The notes under the pieces: model-generated | The model's input: only the letters and a program-made list of their open reading frames with translations | The model's database searches: none | What the model was told of the DNA's origin: nothing | Assembly (NCBI GenBank): GCA_964016885.1 | Contig: CAXHJY010000973.1 | Coordinates: 62,001 to 126,000 of the forward strand | Direction: 5' to 3' | DNA length: 64,000 bases | Origin: Eledone cirrhosa | Lineage: Eukaryota | Shown: one piece after another, positions 38,101-53,100 of the stretch | How the letters are laid out: each line of letters opens with the position of its first letter | Numbering within the stretch: position 1 is the stretch's first letter | Position numbers and translations under genes: made by a program

Positions 38101-41100
38101 TTATAATAGGGAGAGATGTGAGAGTTAGGACACTGGCAGGTGACAGATACCTGTCATAATACGGAGACATGTGAAAGGACACTGGCAGGTGACAGATACC
38201 TGTTATAATAGGGAGACATGTGAGAGTTAGGGCACTAGCAGGTGACAGATACCTGTTATAATAGGGAGACATGTGAGAGTTAGGACACTGGCAGGTGACA
38301 GATACCTGTTATAATAGGGAGACATGTGAGAGTTAGGACACTGGCAGGTGACAGATACCTGTTATAATAGGGAGACATGTGAGAGTTAGGGCACTAGCAG
38401 GTGACAGATACCTGTTATAATAGGGAGACATGTGAGAATTAGGACACTGGCAGGTGACAGATACCTGTTATAATAGGGAGACATGTGAGAGTTAGGGCAC
38501 TAGCAGGTGACAGATACCTGTTATAATAGGGAGACATGTGAGAGTTAGGACACTGGCAGGTGACAGATACCTGTTATAATAGGGAGACATGTGAGAGTTA
38601 GGACACTGGCAGGTGACAGATACCTGTTATAATAGGGAGAGATGTGAGAGGACACTGGGAGGTGACAGATACCTGTTATAATAGGGAGAGATGTGAGAGT
38701 TAGGACACTGGCAGGTGACAGATACCTGTCATAATAGGGAGACATGTGAGAGTTAGGACACTGGCAGGTGACAGATACCTGTTATAATAGGGAGACATGT
38801 GAGAGTTAGGGCACTAGCAGGTGACAGATACCTGTTATAATAGGGAGAGATGTGAGAGGACACTGGGAGGTGACAGATACCTGTTATAATAGGGAGACAT
38901 GTGAGAGTTAGGACACTGGCAGGTGACAGATACCTGTTATAATAGGGAGACATGTGAGAGTTAGGACACTGGCAGGTGACAGATACCTGTTATAATAGGG
39001 AGACATGTGAGAGTTAGGGCACTAGCAGGTGACAGATACCTGTTATAATAGGGAGAGATGTGAGAGTTAGGACACTGGCATGTGACAGATACCTGTTATA
39101 ATAGGGAGACATGTGAGAGTTAGGACACTGGGAGGTGACAGATACCTGTTATAATAGGGAGACATGTGAGAGTTAGGACACTGGGAGGTGACAGATACCT
39201 GTTATAATAGGGAGACATGTGAGAGTTAGGACACTGGCAGGTGAGAGATACCTGTCATAATAGGGAGTCATGTGAGAGTTAGGGCACTAGCAGGTGACAG
39301 ATACCTGTTATAATAGGGAGAGATGTGAGAGTTAGGACACTGGCATGTGACAGATACCTGTTATAATAGGGAGACATGTGAGAGTTAGGACACTGGGAGG
39401 TGACAGATACCTGTTATAATGGGGAGACATGTGAGAGTTAGGACACTGGGAGGTGACAGATACCTGTTATAATAGGGAGACATGTGAGAGTTAGGGCACT
39501 GGCAGGTGACAGATACCTGTTATAATAGGGAGACATGTGAGAGTTAGGACACTGGCAGGTGACAGATACCTGTTATAATAGGGAGACATGTGAGAGTTAG
39601 GACACTGGCAGGTGACAGATACCTGTTATAATAGGGAGACATGTGAGAGTTAGGACACTGGCAGGTGACAGATACCAGTCATAATAGGGAGACATGTGAG
39701 AGTTAGGACACTGGCAGGTGACAGATACCTGTCATAATAGGGAGACATGTGAGAGTTAGGACACTGGCAGGTGACAGATACCTGTCATAATAGGGAGACA
39801 TGTGAGAGTTAGGACACTGGCAGGTGACAGATACCTGTTATAATAGGGAGACATGTGAGACTTAGGACACTGGCAGGTGACAGATACCAGTCATAATAGG
39901 GAGAGATGTGAGAGTTAGGACACTGGCAGGTGACAGATACCTGTCATAATAGGGAGACATGTGAAAGGACACTGGCAGGTGACAGATACCTGTTATAATA
40001 GGGAGACATGTGAGAGTTAGGACACTGGCAGATGACAGATACCTGTTATAATAGGGAGACATGTGAGAGTTAGGACACTGGCAGGTGACAGATACCTGTT
40101 ATAATAGAGACACATGTGAGAGTTAGGACACTGGCATGTGACAGATACCTGTTATAATAGGGAGACATGTGAGAGTTAGGACACTGGCAGGTGACAGATA
40201 TCTGTCATAATAGGGAGACATGTGAGAGTTAGGACACTGGCATGTGACAGATACCTGTCATAATAGGGAGACATGTGAGAGTTAGGGCACTAGCAGGTGA
40301 CAGATACCTGTTATAATAGGGAGACATGTGAGAGTTAGGACACTGGCAGGTGACAGATACCTGTTATAATAGGGAGACATGTGAGAGTTAGGACACTGGC
40401 AGGTGACAGATACCTGTCATAATAGGGAGACATGTGAGAGTTAGGGCACTAGCAGGTGACAGATACCTGTTATAATAGGGAGAGATGTGAGAGTTAGGAC
40501 ACTGGCAGGTGACAGATACCCGTCATAATAGGGAGACATGTGAGAGTTAGGACACTGGCAGGTGACAGATACCTGTCATAATAGGGAGACATGTGAGAGT
40601 TAGGACACTGGCAGGTGACAGATACCTGTTATAATAGGGAGACATGTGAGAGTTAGGACACTGGCAGGTGACAGATACCTGTCATAATAGGGAGACATGT
40701 GAGAGTTAGGACACTGGCAGGTGACAGATACCTGTGATAATAGGGAGACATGTGAGAGTTAGCACACTGGCAGGGGACAGATACCTATTATAATAGGGAG
40801 ACATGGGAGGGTTAGGACACTGGCAGGTGACAGATACCTGTTATAATACGGAGACATGTGAGAGTTAGGACACTGGCAGGTGACAGATACCAGTCATAAT
40901 AGGGAGACATGTGAGAGTTAGGACACTGGCAGGTGACAGATACCTGTCATAATAGGGAGACATGTGAGAGTTAGGACACTGGCAGGTGACAGATACCAGT
41001 CATAATAGGGAGAGATGTGAGAGTTAGGACACTGGCAGGTGACAGATACCTGTTATAATAGGGAGACATGTGAGAGTTAGGACACTGGCAGGTGACAGAT

Positions 41101-44100
41101 ACCAGTCATAATAGGGAGAGATGTGAGAGTTAGGACACTGGCAGGTGACAGATACCTGTCATAATAGGGAGACATGTGAGAGTTAGGACACTGGCAGGTG
41201 ACAGATACCTGTCATAATAGGGAGACATGTGAGAGTTAGGACACTGGCAGGTGACAGATTCCTGTCATAATAGGGAGACATGTGAGAGTTGTGACACTGG
41301 CAGGTGACAGATACCTGTTATAATAGGGAGACATGTGAGAGGACACTGGCAGGCGACAGATACCTGTTATAATAGGGAGACATGTGAGAGTTAGGACACT
41401 GGCAGGTGACAGATACCTGTTATAATAGGGAGACATGTGAGAGTTAGGACACTGGCAGGTGACAGATACCAGTCATAATAGGGAGAGATGTGAGAGTTAG
41501 GACACTGGCAGGTGACAGATACCTGTCATAATAGGGAGACATGTGAAAGGACACTGGCAGGTGACAGATACCTGTTATAATAGGGAGACATGTGAGAGTT
41601 AGGACACTGGCAGATGACAGATACCTGTTATAATAGGGAGAGATGTGAGAGTTAGGACACTGGCAAGTGACAGATACCTGTTATAATACAGACACATGTG
41701 AGAGTTAGGACACTGGCATGTGACAGATACCTGTTATAATAGGGAGACATGTGAGAGTTAGGACACTGGCAGGTGACAGATACCTGTCATAATAGGGAGA
41801 GATGTGAGAGTTAAGACACTGGCAGGTGACAGATACCTGTCATAATAGGGAGACATGTGAGAGTTAGGACACTGGCAGGTGACATATACCTGTCATAATA
41901 GGGAGAGATGTGAGAGTTAGGACACTGGCAGGTGACAGATAGCTGTCATAATAGGGAGACATGTGAGAGTTAGGACACTGGCAGGTGACAGATACCTGTT
42001 ATAATAGGGAGACATGTGAGAGTTAGGAGACTGGCAGGTGACAGATACCTGTTATAATAGGGAGACATGTGAGGGTTAGGACACTGGCAGGTGACAGATA
42101 CCAGTCATAATAGGGAGACATGTGAGAGTTAGGGCACTAGCAGGTGACAGATACCTGTTATAATAGGGAGAGATGTGAGAGGACACTGGCAGGTGACAGA
42201 TACCTGTTATAATAGGGAGAGGTGTGAGAGTTAGGACACTGGCAGGTGACAGATACCTGTCATAATAGGGAGAGGTGTGAGAGGACACTGGCAGGTGACA
42301 GATACCTGTCATAATAGGGAGACATGTGAGAGTTAGGACACTGGCAGGTGACAGATACCTGTTATAATAGGGAGAGATGTGAGAGGACACTGGCAGGTGA
42401 CAGATACCTGTCATAATAGGGAGACATGTGAGAGTTAGGGCACTAGCAGGTGACAGATACCTGTTATAATAGGGAGACATGTGAGAGTTAGGACACTGGC
42501 AGGTGACAGATACCTGTTATAATAGGGAGACATGTGAGAGTTAGGACACTGGCAGGTGACAGATACCTGTCATAATAGGGAGACATGTGAGAGTTAGGGC
42601 ACTAGCAGGTGACAGATACCTGTTATAATAGGGAGAGATGTGAGAGTTAGGACACTGGCAGGTGACAGATACCCGTCATAATAGGGAGACATGTGAGAGT
42701 GAGGACACTGGCAGGTGACAGATACCTGTTATAATAGGGAGACATGTGAGAGTTAGGACACTGGCAGGTGACAGATACCTGTCATAATAGGGAGACATGT
42801 GAGAGTTAGGACACTGACAGGTGACAGATACCAGTCACAATAGGGAGAGATGTGAGAGTTAGGACACTGGCAGGTGACAGATACCTGTTATAATAGGGAG
42901 ACATGTGAGAGTTAGGACACTGGCAGGTGACAGATACCAGTCATAATAGGGAGAGATGTGAGAGTTAGGACACTGGCAGATGACAGATACCTGTGATAAT
43001 AGGGAGACATGTGAGAGTTAGCACACTGGCAGGGGACAGATACCTATTATAATAGGGAGACATGGGAGGGTTAGGACACTGGCAGGTGACAGATACCTGT
43101 TATAATAGGGAGACATGTGAGAGTTAGGACACTGGCAGGTGACAGATACCAGTCATAATAGGGAGACATGTGAGAGTTAGGACACTGGCAGGTGACAGAT
43201 ACCTGTCATAATAGGGAGACATGTGAGAGTTAGGACACTGGCAGGTGACAGATACCAGTCATAATAGGGAGAGATGTGAGAGTTAGGACACTGGTAGGTG
43301 ACAGATACCTGTTATAATAGGGAGACATGTGAGAGTTAGGACACTGGCAGGTGACAGATACCTGTTATAATAGGGAGAGATGTGAGAGGACACTGGGAGG
43401 TGACAGATACCTGTTATAATAGGGAGACATGTGAGAGTTAGGACACTGGCAGGTGACAGATACCTGTTATAATAGGGAGACATGTGAGAGTTAGGACACT
43501 GGCAGGTGACAGATACCTGTTATAATAGGGAGACATGTGAGAGTTAGGACACTGGCAGGTGACAGATACCTGTTATAATAGGGAGACATGTGAGAGTTAG
43601 GGCACTAGCAGGTGACAGATACCTGTTATAATAGGGAGAGATGTGAGAGTTAGGACACTGGCATGTGACAGATACCTGTTATAATAGGGAGACATGTGAG
43701 AGTTAGGACACTGGGAGGTGACAGATACCTGTCATAATAGGGAGACATGTGAGAGTTAGGACACTGGGAGGTGACAGATACCTGTTATAATAGGGAGACA
43801 TGTGAGAGTTAGGACACTGGCAGGTGAGAGATACCTGTCATAATAGGGAGTCATGTGAGAGTTAGGGCACTAGCAGGTGACAGATACCTGTTATAATAGG
43901 GAGAGGTGTGAGAGAACACTGGGAGGTGACAGATACCTGTTATAATAGGGAGAGATGTGAGAGGACACTGGGAGGTGACAGATACCTGTTATAATAGGGA
44001 GAGATGTGAGAGGACACTGGGAGGTGACAGATACCTGTTATAATAGGGAGAGATGTGAGAGTTAGGACACTGGCAGGTGACAGATACCTGTTATAATAGG

Positions 44101-47100
44101 GAGACATGTGAGAGTTAGGACACTGGCAGGTGACAGATACCTGTTATAATAGGGAGACATGTGAGAGTTAGGGCACTAGCAGGTGACAGATACCTGTTAT
44201 AATAGGGAGACATGTGAGAGTTAGGACACTGGCAGGTGACAGATACCTGTTATAATAGGGAGAGATGTGAGAGGACACTGGGAGGTGACAGATACCTGTT
44301 ATAATAGGGAGAGATGTGAGAGTTAGGACACTGGCAGGTGACAGATACCTGTTATAATAGGGAGACATGTGAGAGTTAGGGCACTAGCAGGTGACAGATA
44401 CCTGTTATAATAGGGAGACATGTGAGAGTTAGGGCACTAGCAGGTCACAGATACCTGTGATAATAGGGAGACATGTGAGAGTTAGGGCACTAGCAGGTGA
44501 CAGATACCTGTTATAATAGGGAGACATGTGAGAGTTAGGGCACTAGCAGGTCACAGATACCTGTGATAATAGGGAGACATGTGAGAGTTAGGACACTGGC
44601 AGGTGACAGATACCTGTTATAATAGGGAGACATGTGAGAGTTAGGGCACTAGCAGGTCACAGATACCTGTGATAATAGGGAGACATGTGAGAGTTAGGAC
44701 ACTGGCAGGTGACAGATACATGTTATAATAGGGAGACATGTGAGAGTTAGGGCACTAGCAGGTGACAGATACCTGTTATAATAGGGAGAGGTGTGAGAGG
44801 ACACTGGCAGGTGACAGATACCTGTTATAATAGGGAGACATGTGAGAGTTAGGACACTGGATGGTGACAGATACCTGTCATAATAGGGAGACATGTGAGA
44901 GTTAGGACACTGGCAGGTGACAGATACCTGTTATAATAGGGAGACATGTGAGAGTTAGCACACTGGCAGGGGACAGATACCTATTATAATAGGGAGACAT
45001 GGGAGGGTTAGGACACTGGCAGGTGAAAGATACCTGTTATAATAGGGAGACATGTGAGAGTTATGACACTGGCAGATGACAGATACCTGTTATAATAGGG
45101 AGACATGTGAGAGTTAGGACACTGGCAGGTGACAGATACCTGTCATAATAGGGAGACATGTGAGAGTTAGGACACTGGCAGGTGACAGATACCTGTTATA
45201 ATAGGGAGACATGTGAGAGTTTGGACACTGGCAGGCGACAGATACCTGTTATAATAGGGAGACATGTGAGAGTTAGGACACTGGCAGGTGACAGATACCT
45301 GTTATAATAGGGAGACATGTGAGAGTTAGGACACTGGCAGGTGACAGATACCAGTCATAATAGGGAGACATGTGAGAGTTAGGACACTGGCAGGTGACAG
45401 ATACCTGTCATAATAGGGAGACATGTGAGAGTTAGGACACTGGCAGGTGACAGATACCTGTCATAATAGGGAGACATGTGAGAGTTAGGACACTGGCAGG
45501 TGACAGATACCTGTTATAATAGGGAGACATGTGAGAGTTAGGACACTGGCAGGTGACAGATACCTGTCATAATAGGGAGACATGTGAGAGTTAGGACACT
45601 GGCAGGTGACAGATACCTGTCATAATAGGGAGACATGTGAGAGTTAGGACACTGGCAGGTGACAGATACCTGTTATAATAGGGAGACATGTGAGAGTTAT
45701 GACACTGGCAGGTGACAGATACCTGTCATAATAGGGAGACATGTGAGAGTTAGGACACTGGCAGGTGACAGATACCTGTGATAATAGGGAGACATGTGAG
45801 AGTTAGGACACTGGCAGGTGACAGATACCTGTCATAATAGGGAGACATGTGAGAGTTAGGACACTGGCAGGTGACAGATACCTGTGATAATAGGGAGACA
45901 TGCGAGAGTTAGCACATTGGCAGGGGACAGATACCTATTATAATAGGGAGACATGGGAGGGTTAGGACACTGGCAGGTGACAGATACCTGTTATAATAGG
46001 GAGACATGTGAGAGTTAGGACACTGGCAGGTGACAGATACCTGTTATAATAGAGAGACATGTGAGAGTTATGACACTGGCAGGTGACAGATACCTGTTAT
46101 AATAGGGAGACATGTGAGAGTTAGCACACTGGCAGGGGACAGATACCTGTTATAATAGGGAGACATGTGAGAGTTAGGGCACTAGCAGGTGACAGATACC
46201 TGTTATAATAGGGAGACATGTGAGAGTTAGGACACTGGATGGTGACAGATACCTGTCATAATAGGGAGACATGTGAGAGTTAGGACACTGGCAGGTGACA
46301 GATACCTGTTATAATAGGGAGACATGTGAGAGTTAGCACACTGGCAGGGGACAGATACCTATTATAATAGGGAGACATGGGAGGGTTAGGACACTGGCAG
46401 GTGAAAGATACCTGTTATAATAGGGAGACATGTGAGAGTTATGACACTGGCAGATGACAGATACCTGTTATAATAGGGAGACATGTGAGAGTTAGGACAC
46501 TGGCAGGTGACAGATACCTGTCATAATAGGGAGACATGTGAGAGTTAGGACACTGGCAGGTGACAGATACCTGTTATAATAGGGAGACATGTGAGAGTTT
46601 GGACACTGGCAGGCGACAGATACCTGTTATAATAGGGAGACATGTGAGAGTTAGGACACTGGCAGGTGACAGATACCTGTTATAATAGGGAGACATGTGA
46701 GAGTTAGGACACTGGCAGGTGACAGATACCTGTTATAATAGGGAGACATGTGAGAGTTTGGACACTGGCAGGCGACAGATACCTGTCATAATAGGGAGAC
46801 ATGTGAGAGTTAGGACACTGGCAGGTGACAGATACCTGTTATAATAGGGAGACATGTGAGAGTTTGGACACTGGCAGGCGACAGATACCTGTTATGATAG
46901 GGAGACATGTGAGAGTTAGGAGACTGGCAGGTGACAGATACCTGTCATAATAGGGAGACATGTGAGAGTTAGGACACTGGCAGGTGACAGATACCTGTCA
47001 TAATAGGGAGACATGTGAGAGTTAGGACACTGGCAGGTGACAGATACCTGTTATAATAGGGAGACATGTGAGAGTTTGGACACTGGCAGGCGACAGATAC

Positions 47101-50100
47101 CTGTTATAATAGGGAGACATGTGAGAGTTAGGACACTGGCAGGTGACAGATACCTGTTATAATAGGGAGACATGTGAGAGTTAGGACACTGGCAGGTGAC
47201 AGATACCAGTCATAATAGGGAGACATGTGAGAGTTAGGACACTGGCAGGTGACAGATACCTGTCATAATAGGGAGACATGTGAGAGTTAGGACACTGGCA
47301 GGTGACAGATACCTGTCATAATAGGGAGACATGTGAGAGTTAGGACACTGGCAGGTGACAGATACCTGTTATAATAGGGAGACATGTGAGAGTTAGGACA
47401 CTGGCAGGTGACAGATACCTGTCATAATAGGGAGACATGTGAGAGTTAGGACACTGGCAGGTGACAGATACCTGTCATAATAGGGAGACATGTGAGAGTT
47501 AGGACACTGGCAGGTGACAGATACCTGTTATAATAGGGAGACATGTGAGAGTTATGACACTGGCAGGTGACAGATACCTGTCATAATAGGGAGACATGTG
47601 AGAGTTAGGACACTGGCAGGTGACAGATACCTGTGATAATAGGGAGACATGTGAGAGTTAGGACACTGGCAGGTGACAGATACCTGTCATAATAGGGAGA
47701 CATGTGAGAGTTAGGACACTGGCAGGTGACAGATACCTGTGATAATAGGGAGACATGCGAGAGTTAGCACATTGGCAGGGGACAGATACCTATTATAATA
47801 GGGAGACATGGGAGGGTTAGGACACTGGCAGGTGACAGATACCTGTTATAATAGGGAGACATGTGAGAGTTAGGACACTGGCAGGTGACAGATACCTGTT
47901 ATAATAGAGAGACATGTGAGAGTTATGACACTGGCAGGTGACAGATACCTGTTATAATAGGGAGACATGTGAGAGTTATGACACTGGCAGGTGACAGATA
48001 CCTGTTATAATAGAGAGACATGTGAGAGTTATGACACTAGCAGGTGACAGATACCTGTTATAATAGGGAGACATGTGAGAGTTAGGGCACTAGCAGGTGA
48101 CAGATACCTGTTATAATAGGGAGAGATGTGAGAGTTAGGACACTGGCAGATGACAGATACCTGTTATAATAGGGAGACATGTGAGAGCTAGGGCACTAGC
48201 AGGTGACAGATACCTGTTATAATAGGGAGGAGAGATGTGAGAGTTAGGACACTGGCAGGTGACAGATACCAGTCATAATAGGGAGACATGTGAGAGTTAG
48301 GACACTGGCAGATGACAGATACCTGTTATAATAGGGAGACATGTGAGAGTTAGGGCACTAGCAGGTGACAGATACCTGTTATAATAGGGAGAGATGTGAG
48401 AGTTAGGACACTGGCAGGTGACAGATACCTGTCATAATAGGGAGACATGTGAAAGGACACTGGCAGGTGACAGATACCTGTTATAATAGGGAGACATGTG
48501 AGAGTTAGGACACTGGCAGATGAGAGATACCTGTTATAATAGGGAGACATGTGAGAGTTAGGGCACTAGCAGGTGACAGATACCTGTTATAATAGGGAGA
48601 CATGTGAGAGTTAGGACACTGGCAGGTGACAGATACCTGTCATAATAGGGAGACATGTGAGAGTTAGGGCACTAGCAGGTGACAGATACCTGTTATAATA
48701 GGGAGACATGTGAGAGTTAGGACACTGGCAGGTGACAGATACCTGTTATAATAGGGAGACATGTGAGAGTTAGGGCACTAGCAGGTGACAGATACCTGTT
48801 ATAATAGGGAGACATGTGAGAGTTAGGACACTGGCAGGTGACAGATACCTGTTATAATAGGGAGACATGTGAGAGTTAGGACACTGGCAGGTGACAGATA
48901 CCTGTCATAATAGGGAGACATGTGAGAGTTAGGACACTGGCAGGTGACAGATACCTGTTATAATAGGGAGACATGTGAGAGTTAGGACACTGGCAGGTGA
49001 CAGATACCTGTCATAATAGGGAGACATGTGAGAGTTAGGGCACTAGCAGGTGACAGATACCTGTTATAATAGGGAGAGATGTGAGAGTTAGGACACTGGC
49101 AGGTGACAGATACCTGTCATAATAGGGAGACATGTGAGAGTTGTGACACTGGCAGGTGACAGATACCTGTTATAATAGGGAGACATGTGAGAGGACACTG
49201 GCAGGCGACAGATACCTGTTATAATAGGGAGACATGTGAGAGTTAGGACACTGGCAGGTGACAGATACCTGTTATAATAGGGAGACATGTGAGAGTTAGG
49301 GCACTAGCAGGTGACAGATACCTGTTATAATAGGGAGACATGTGAGAGTTAGGACACTGGCAGGTGACAGATACCTGTTATAATAGGGAGACATGTGAGA
49401 GTTAGGACACTGGCAGGTGACAGATACCTGTTATAATAGGGAGACATGTGAGAGTTAGGACACTGGCAGGTGACAGATACCTGTTATAATAGGGAGACAT
49501 GTGAGAGTTAGGACACTGGCAGGTGACAGATACCAGTCATAATAGGGAGACATGTGAGAGTTAGGACACTGGCAGGTGACAGATACCTGTCATAATAGGG
49601 AGACATGTGAGTTAGGACACTGGCAGGTGACAGATACCTGTCATAATAGGGAGACATGTGAGAGTTAGGACACTGGCAGGTGACAGATACCTGTTATAAT
49701 AGGGAGACATGTGAGAGTTAGGACACTGGCAGGTGACAGATACCAGTCATAATAGGGAGAGATGTGAGAGTTAGGACACTGGCAGGTGACAGATACCTGT
49801 CATAATAGGGAGACATGTGAAAGGACACTGGCAGGTGACAGATACCTGTTATAATAGGGAGACATGTGAGAGTTAGGACACTGGCAGATGACAGATATCT
49901 GTTATAATAGGGAGACATGTGAGAGTTAGGACACTGGCAGGTGACAGATACCTGTTATAATAGAGACACATGTGAGAGTTAGGACACTGGCATGTGACAG
50001 ATACCTGTTATAATAGGGAGACATGTGAGAGTTAGGACACTGGCAGGTGACAGATATCTGTCATAATAGGGAGACATGTGAGAGTTAGGACACTGGCAGG

Positions 50101-53100
50101 TGACAGATATCTGTTATAATAGGGAGACATGTGAGAGTTAGGGCACTAGCAGGTGACAGATACCTGTTATAATAGGGAGACATGTGAGAGTTAGGGCACT
50201 AGCAGGTGACAGATACCTGTTATAATAGGGAGACATGTGAGAGTTATGACACTGGCATGTGACAGATACCTGTCATAATAGGGAGACATGTGAGAGTTAG
50301 GGCACTAGCAGGTGACAGATACCTGTTATAATAGGGAGACATGTGAGAGTTAGGAGACTGGCAGGTGACAGATACCTGTTATAATAGGGAGACATGTGAG
50401 AGTTAGGACACTGGCAGGTGACAGATACCTGTCATAATAGGGAGACATGTGAGAGTTAGGGCACTAGCAGGTGACAGATACCTGTTATAATAGGGAGAGA
50501 AGTGAGAGTTAGGACACTGGCAGGTGACAGATACCCGTCATAATAGGGAGACATGTGAGAGTTAGGACACTGGCAGGTGACAGATACCTGTCATAATAGG
50601 GAGACATGTGAGAGTTAGGACACTGGCAGGTGACAGATACCTGTTATAATAGGGAGACATGTGAGAGTTAGGACACTGGCAGGTGACAGATACCTGTCAT
50701 AATAGGGAGACATGTGAGAGTTAGGACACTGGCAGGTGACAGATACCTGTGATAATAGGGAGACATGTGAGAGTTAGCACACTGGCAGGGGACAGATACC
50801 TATTATAATAGGGAGACATGGGAGGGTTAGGACACTGGCAGGTGACAGATACCTGTTATAATAGGGAGACATGTGAGAGTTAGGACACTGGCAGGTGACA
50901 GATACCAGTCATAATAGGGAGACATGTGAGAGTTAGGACACTGGCAGGTGACAGATACCTGTCATAATAGGGAGACATGTGAGAGTTAGGACACTGGCAG
51001 GTGACAGATACCAGTCATAATAGGGAGAGATGTGAGAGTTAGGACACTGGCAGGTGACAGATACCTGTTATAATAGGGAGACATGTGAGAGTTAGGACAC
51101 TGGCAGGTGACAGATACCAGTCATAATAGGGAGAGATGTGAGAGTTAGGACACTGGCAGGTGACAGATACCTGTCATAATAGGGAGACATGTGAGAGTTA
51201 GGACACTGGCAGGTGACACATACCTGTCATAATAGGGAGACATGTGAGAGTTAGGACACTGGCAGGTGACAGATTCCTGTCATAATAGGGAGACATGTGA
51301 GAGTTGTGACACTGGCAGGTGACAGATACCTGTTATAATAGGGAGACATGTGAGAGGACACTGGCAGGCGACAGATACCTGTTATAATAGGGAGACATGT
51401 GAGAGTTAGGACACTGGCAGGTGACAGATACCTGTTATAATAGGGAGACATGTGAGAGTTAGGACACTGGCAGGTGACAGATACCAGTCATAATAGGGAG
51501 AGATGTGAGAGTTAGGACACTGGCAGGTGACAGATACCTGTCATAATAGGGAGACATGTGAAAGGACACTGGCAGGTGACAGATACCTGTTATAATAGGG
51601 AGACATGTGAGAGTTAGGACACTGGCAGATGACAGATACCTGTTATAATAGGGAGAGATGTGAGAGTTAGGACACTGGCAGGTGACAGATACCTGTTATA
51701 ATACAGACACATGTGAGAGTTAGGACACTGGCATGTGACAGATACCTGTTATAATAGGGAGACATGTGAGAGTTAGGACACTGGCAGGTGACAGATACCT
51801 GTCATAATAGGGAGAGATGTGAGAGTTAAGACACTGGCAGGTGACAGATACCTGTCATAATAGGGAGACATGTGAGAGTTAGGACACTGGCAGGTGACAG
51901 ATACCTGTCATAATAGGGAGAGATGTGAGAGTTAGGACACTGGCAGGTGACAGATAGCTGTCATAATAGGGAGACATGTGAGAGTTAGGACACTGGCAGG
52001 TGACAGATACCTGTTATAATAGGGAGACATGTGAGAGTTAGGAGACTGGCAGGTGACAGATACCTGTTATAATAGGGAGACATGTGAGGGTTAGGACACT
52101 GGCAGGTGACAGATACCAGTCATAATAGGGAGACATGTGAGAGTTAGGGCACTAGCAGGTGACAGATACCTGTTATAATAGGGAGAGATGTGAGAGGACA
52201 CTGGCAGGTGACAGATACCTGTTATAATAGGGAGAGGTGTGAGAGTTAGGACACTGGCAGGTGACAGATACCTGTCATAATAGGGAGACATGTGAAAGGA
52301 CACTGGCAGGTGACAGATACCTGTTATAATAGGGAGACATGTGAGAGTTAGGACACTGGCAGATGACAGATATCTGTTATAATAGGGAGACATGTGAGAG
52401 TTAGGACACTGGCAGGTGACAGATACCTGTTATAATAGAGACACATGTGAGAGTTAGGACACTGGCATGTGACAGATACCTGTTATAATAGGGAGACATG
52501 TGAGAGTTAGGACACTGGCAGGTGACAGATATCTGTCATAATAGGGAGACATGTGAGAGTTAGGACACTGGCAGGTGACAGATATCTGTTATAATAGGGA
52601 GACATGTGAGAGTTAGGGCACTAGCAGGTGACAGATACCTGTTATAATAGGGAGACATGTGAGAGTTAGGGCACTAGCAGGTGACAGATACCTGTTATAA
52701 TAGGGAGACATGTGAGAGTTATGACACTGGCATGTGACAGATACCTGTCATAATAGGGAGACATGTGAGAGTTAGGGCACTAGCAGGTGACAGATACCTG
52801 TTATAATAGGGAGACATGTGAGAGTTAGGAGACTGGCAGGTGACAGATACCTGTTATAATAGGGAGACATGTGAGAGTTAGGACACTGGCAGGTGACAGA
52901 TACCTGTCATAATAGGGAGACATGTGAGAGTTAGGGCACTAGCAGGTGACAGATACCTGTTATAATAGGGAGAGATGTGAGAGTTAGGACACTGGCAGGT
53001 GACAGATACCCGTCATAATAGGGAGACATGTGAGAGTTAGGACACTGGCAGGTGACAGATACCTGTCATAATAGGGAGACATGTGAGAGTTAGGACACTG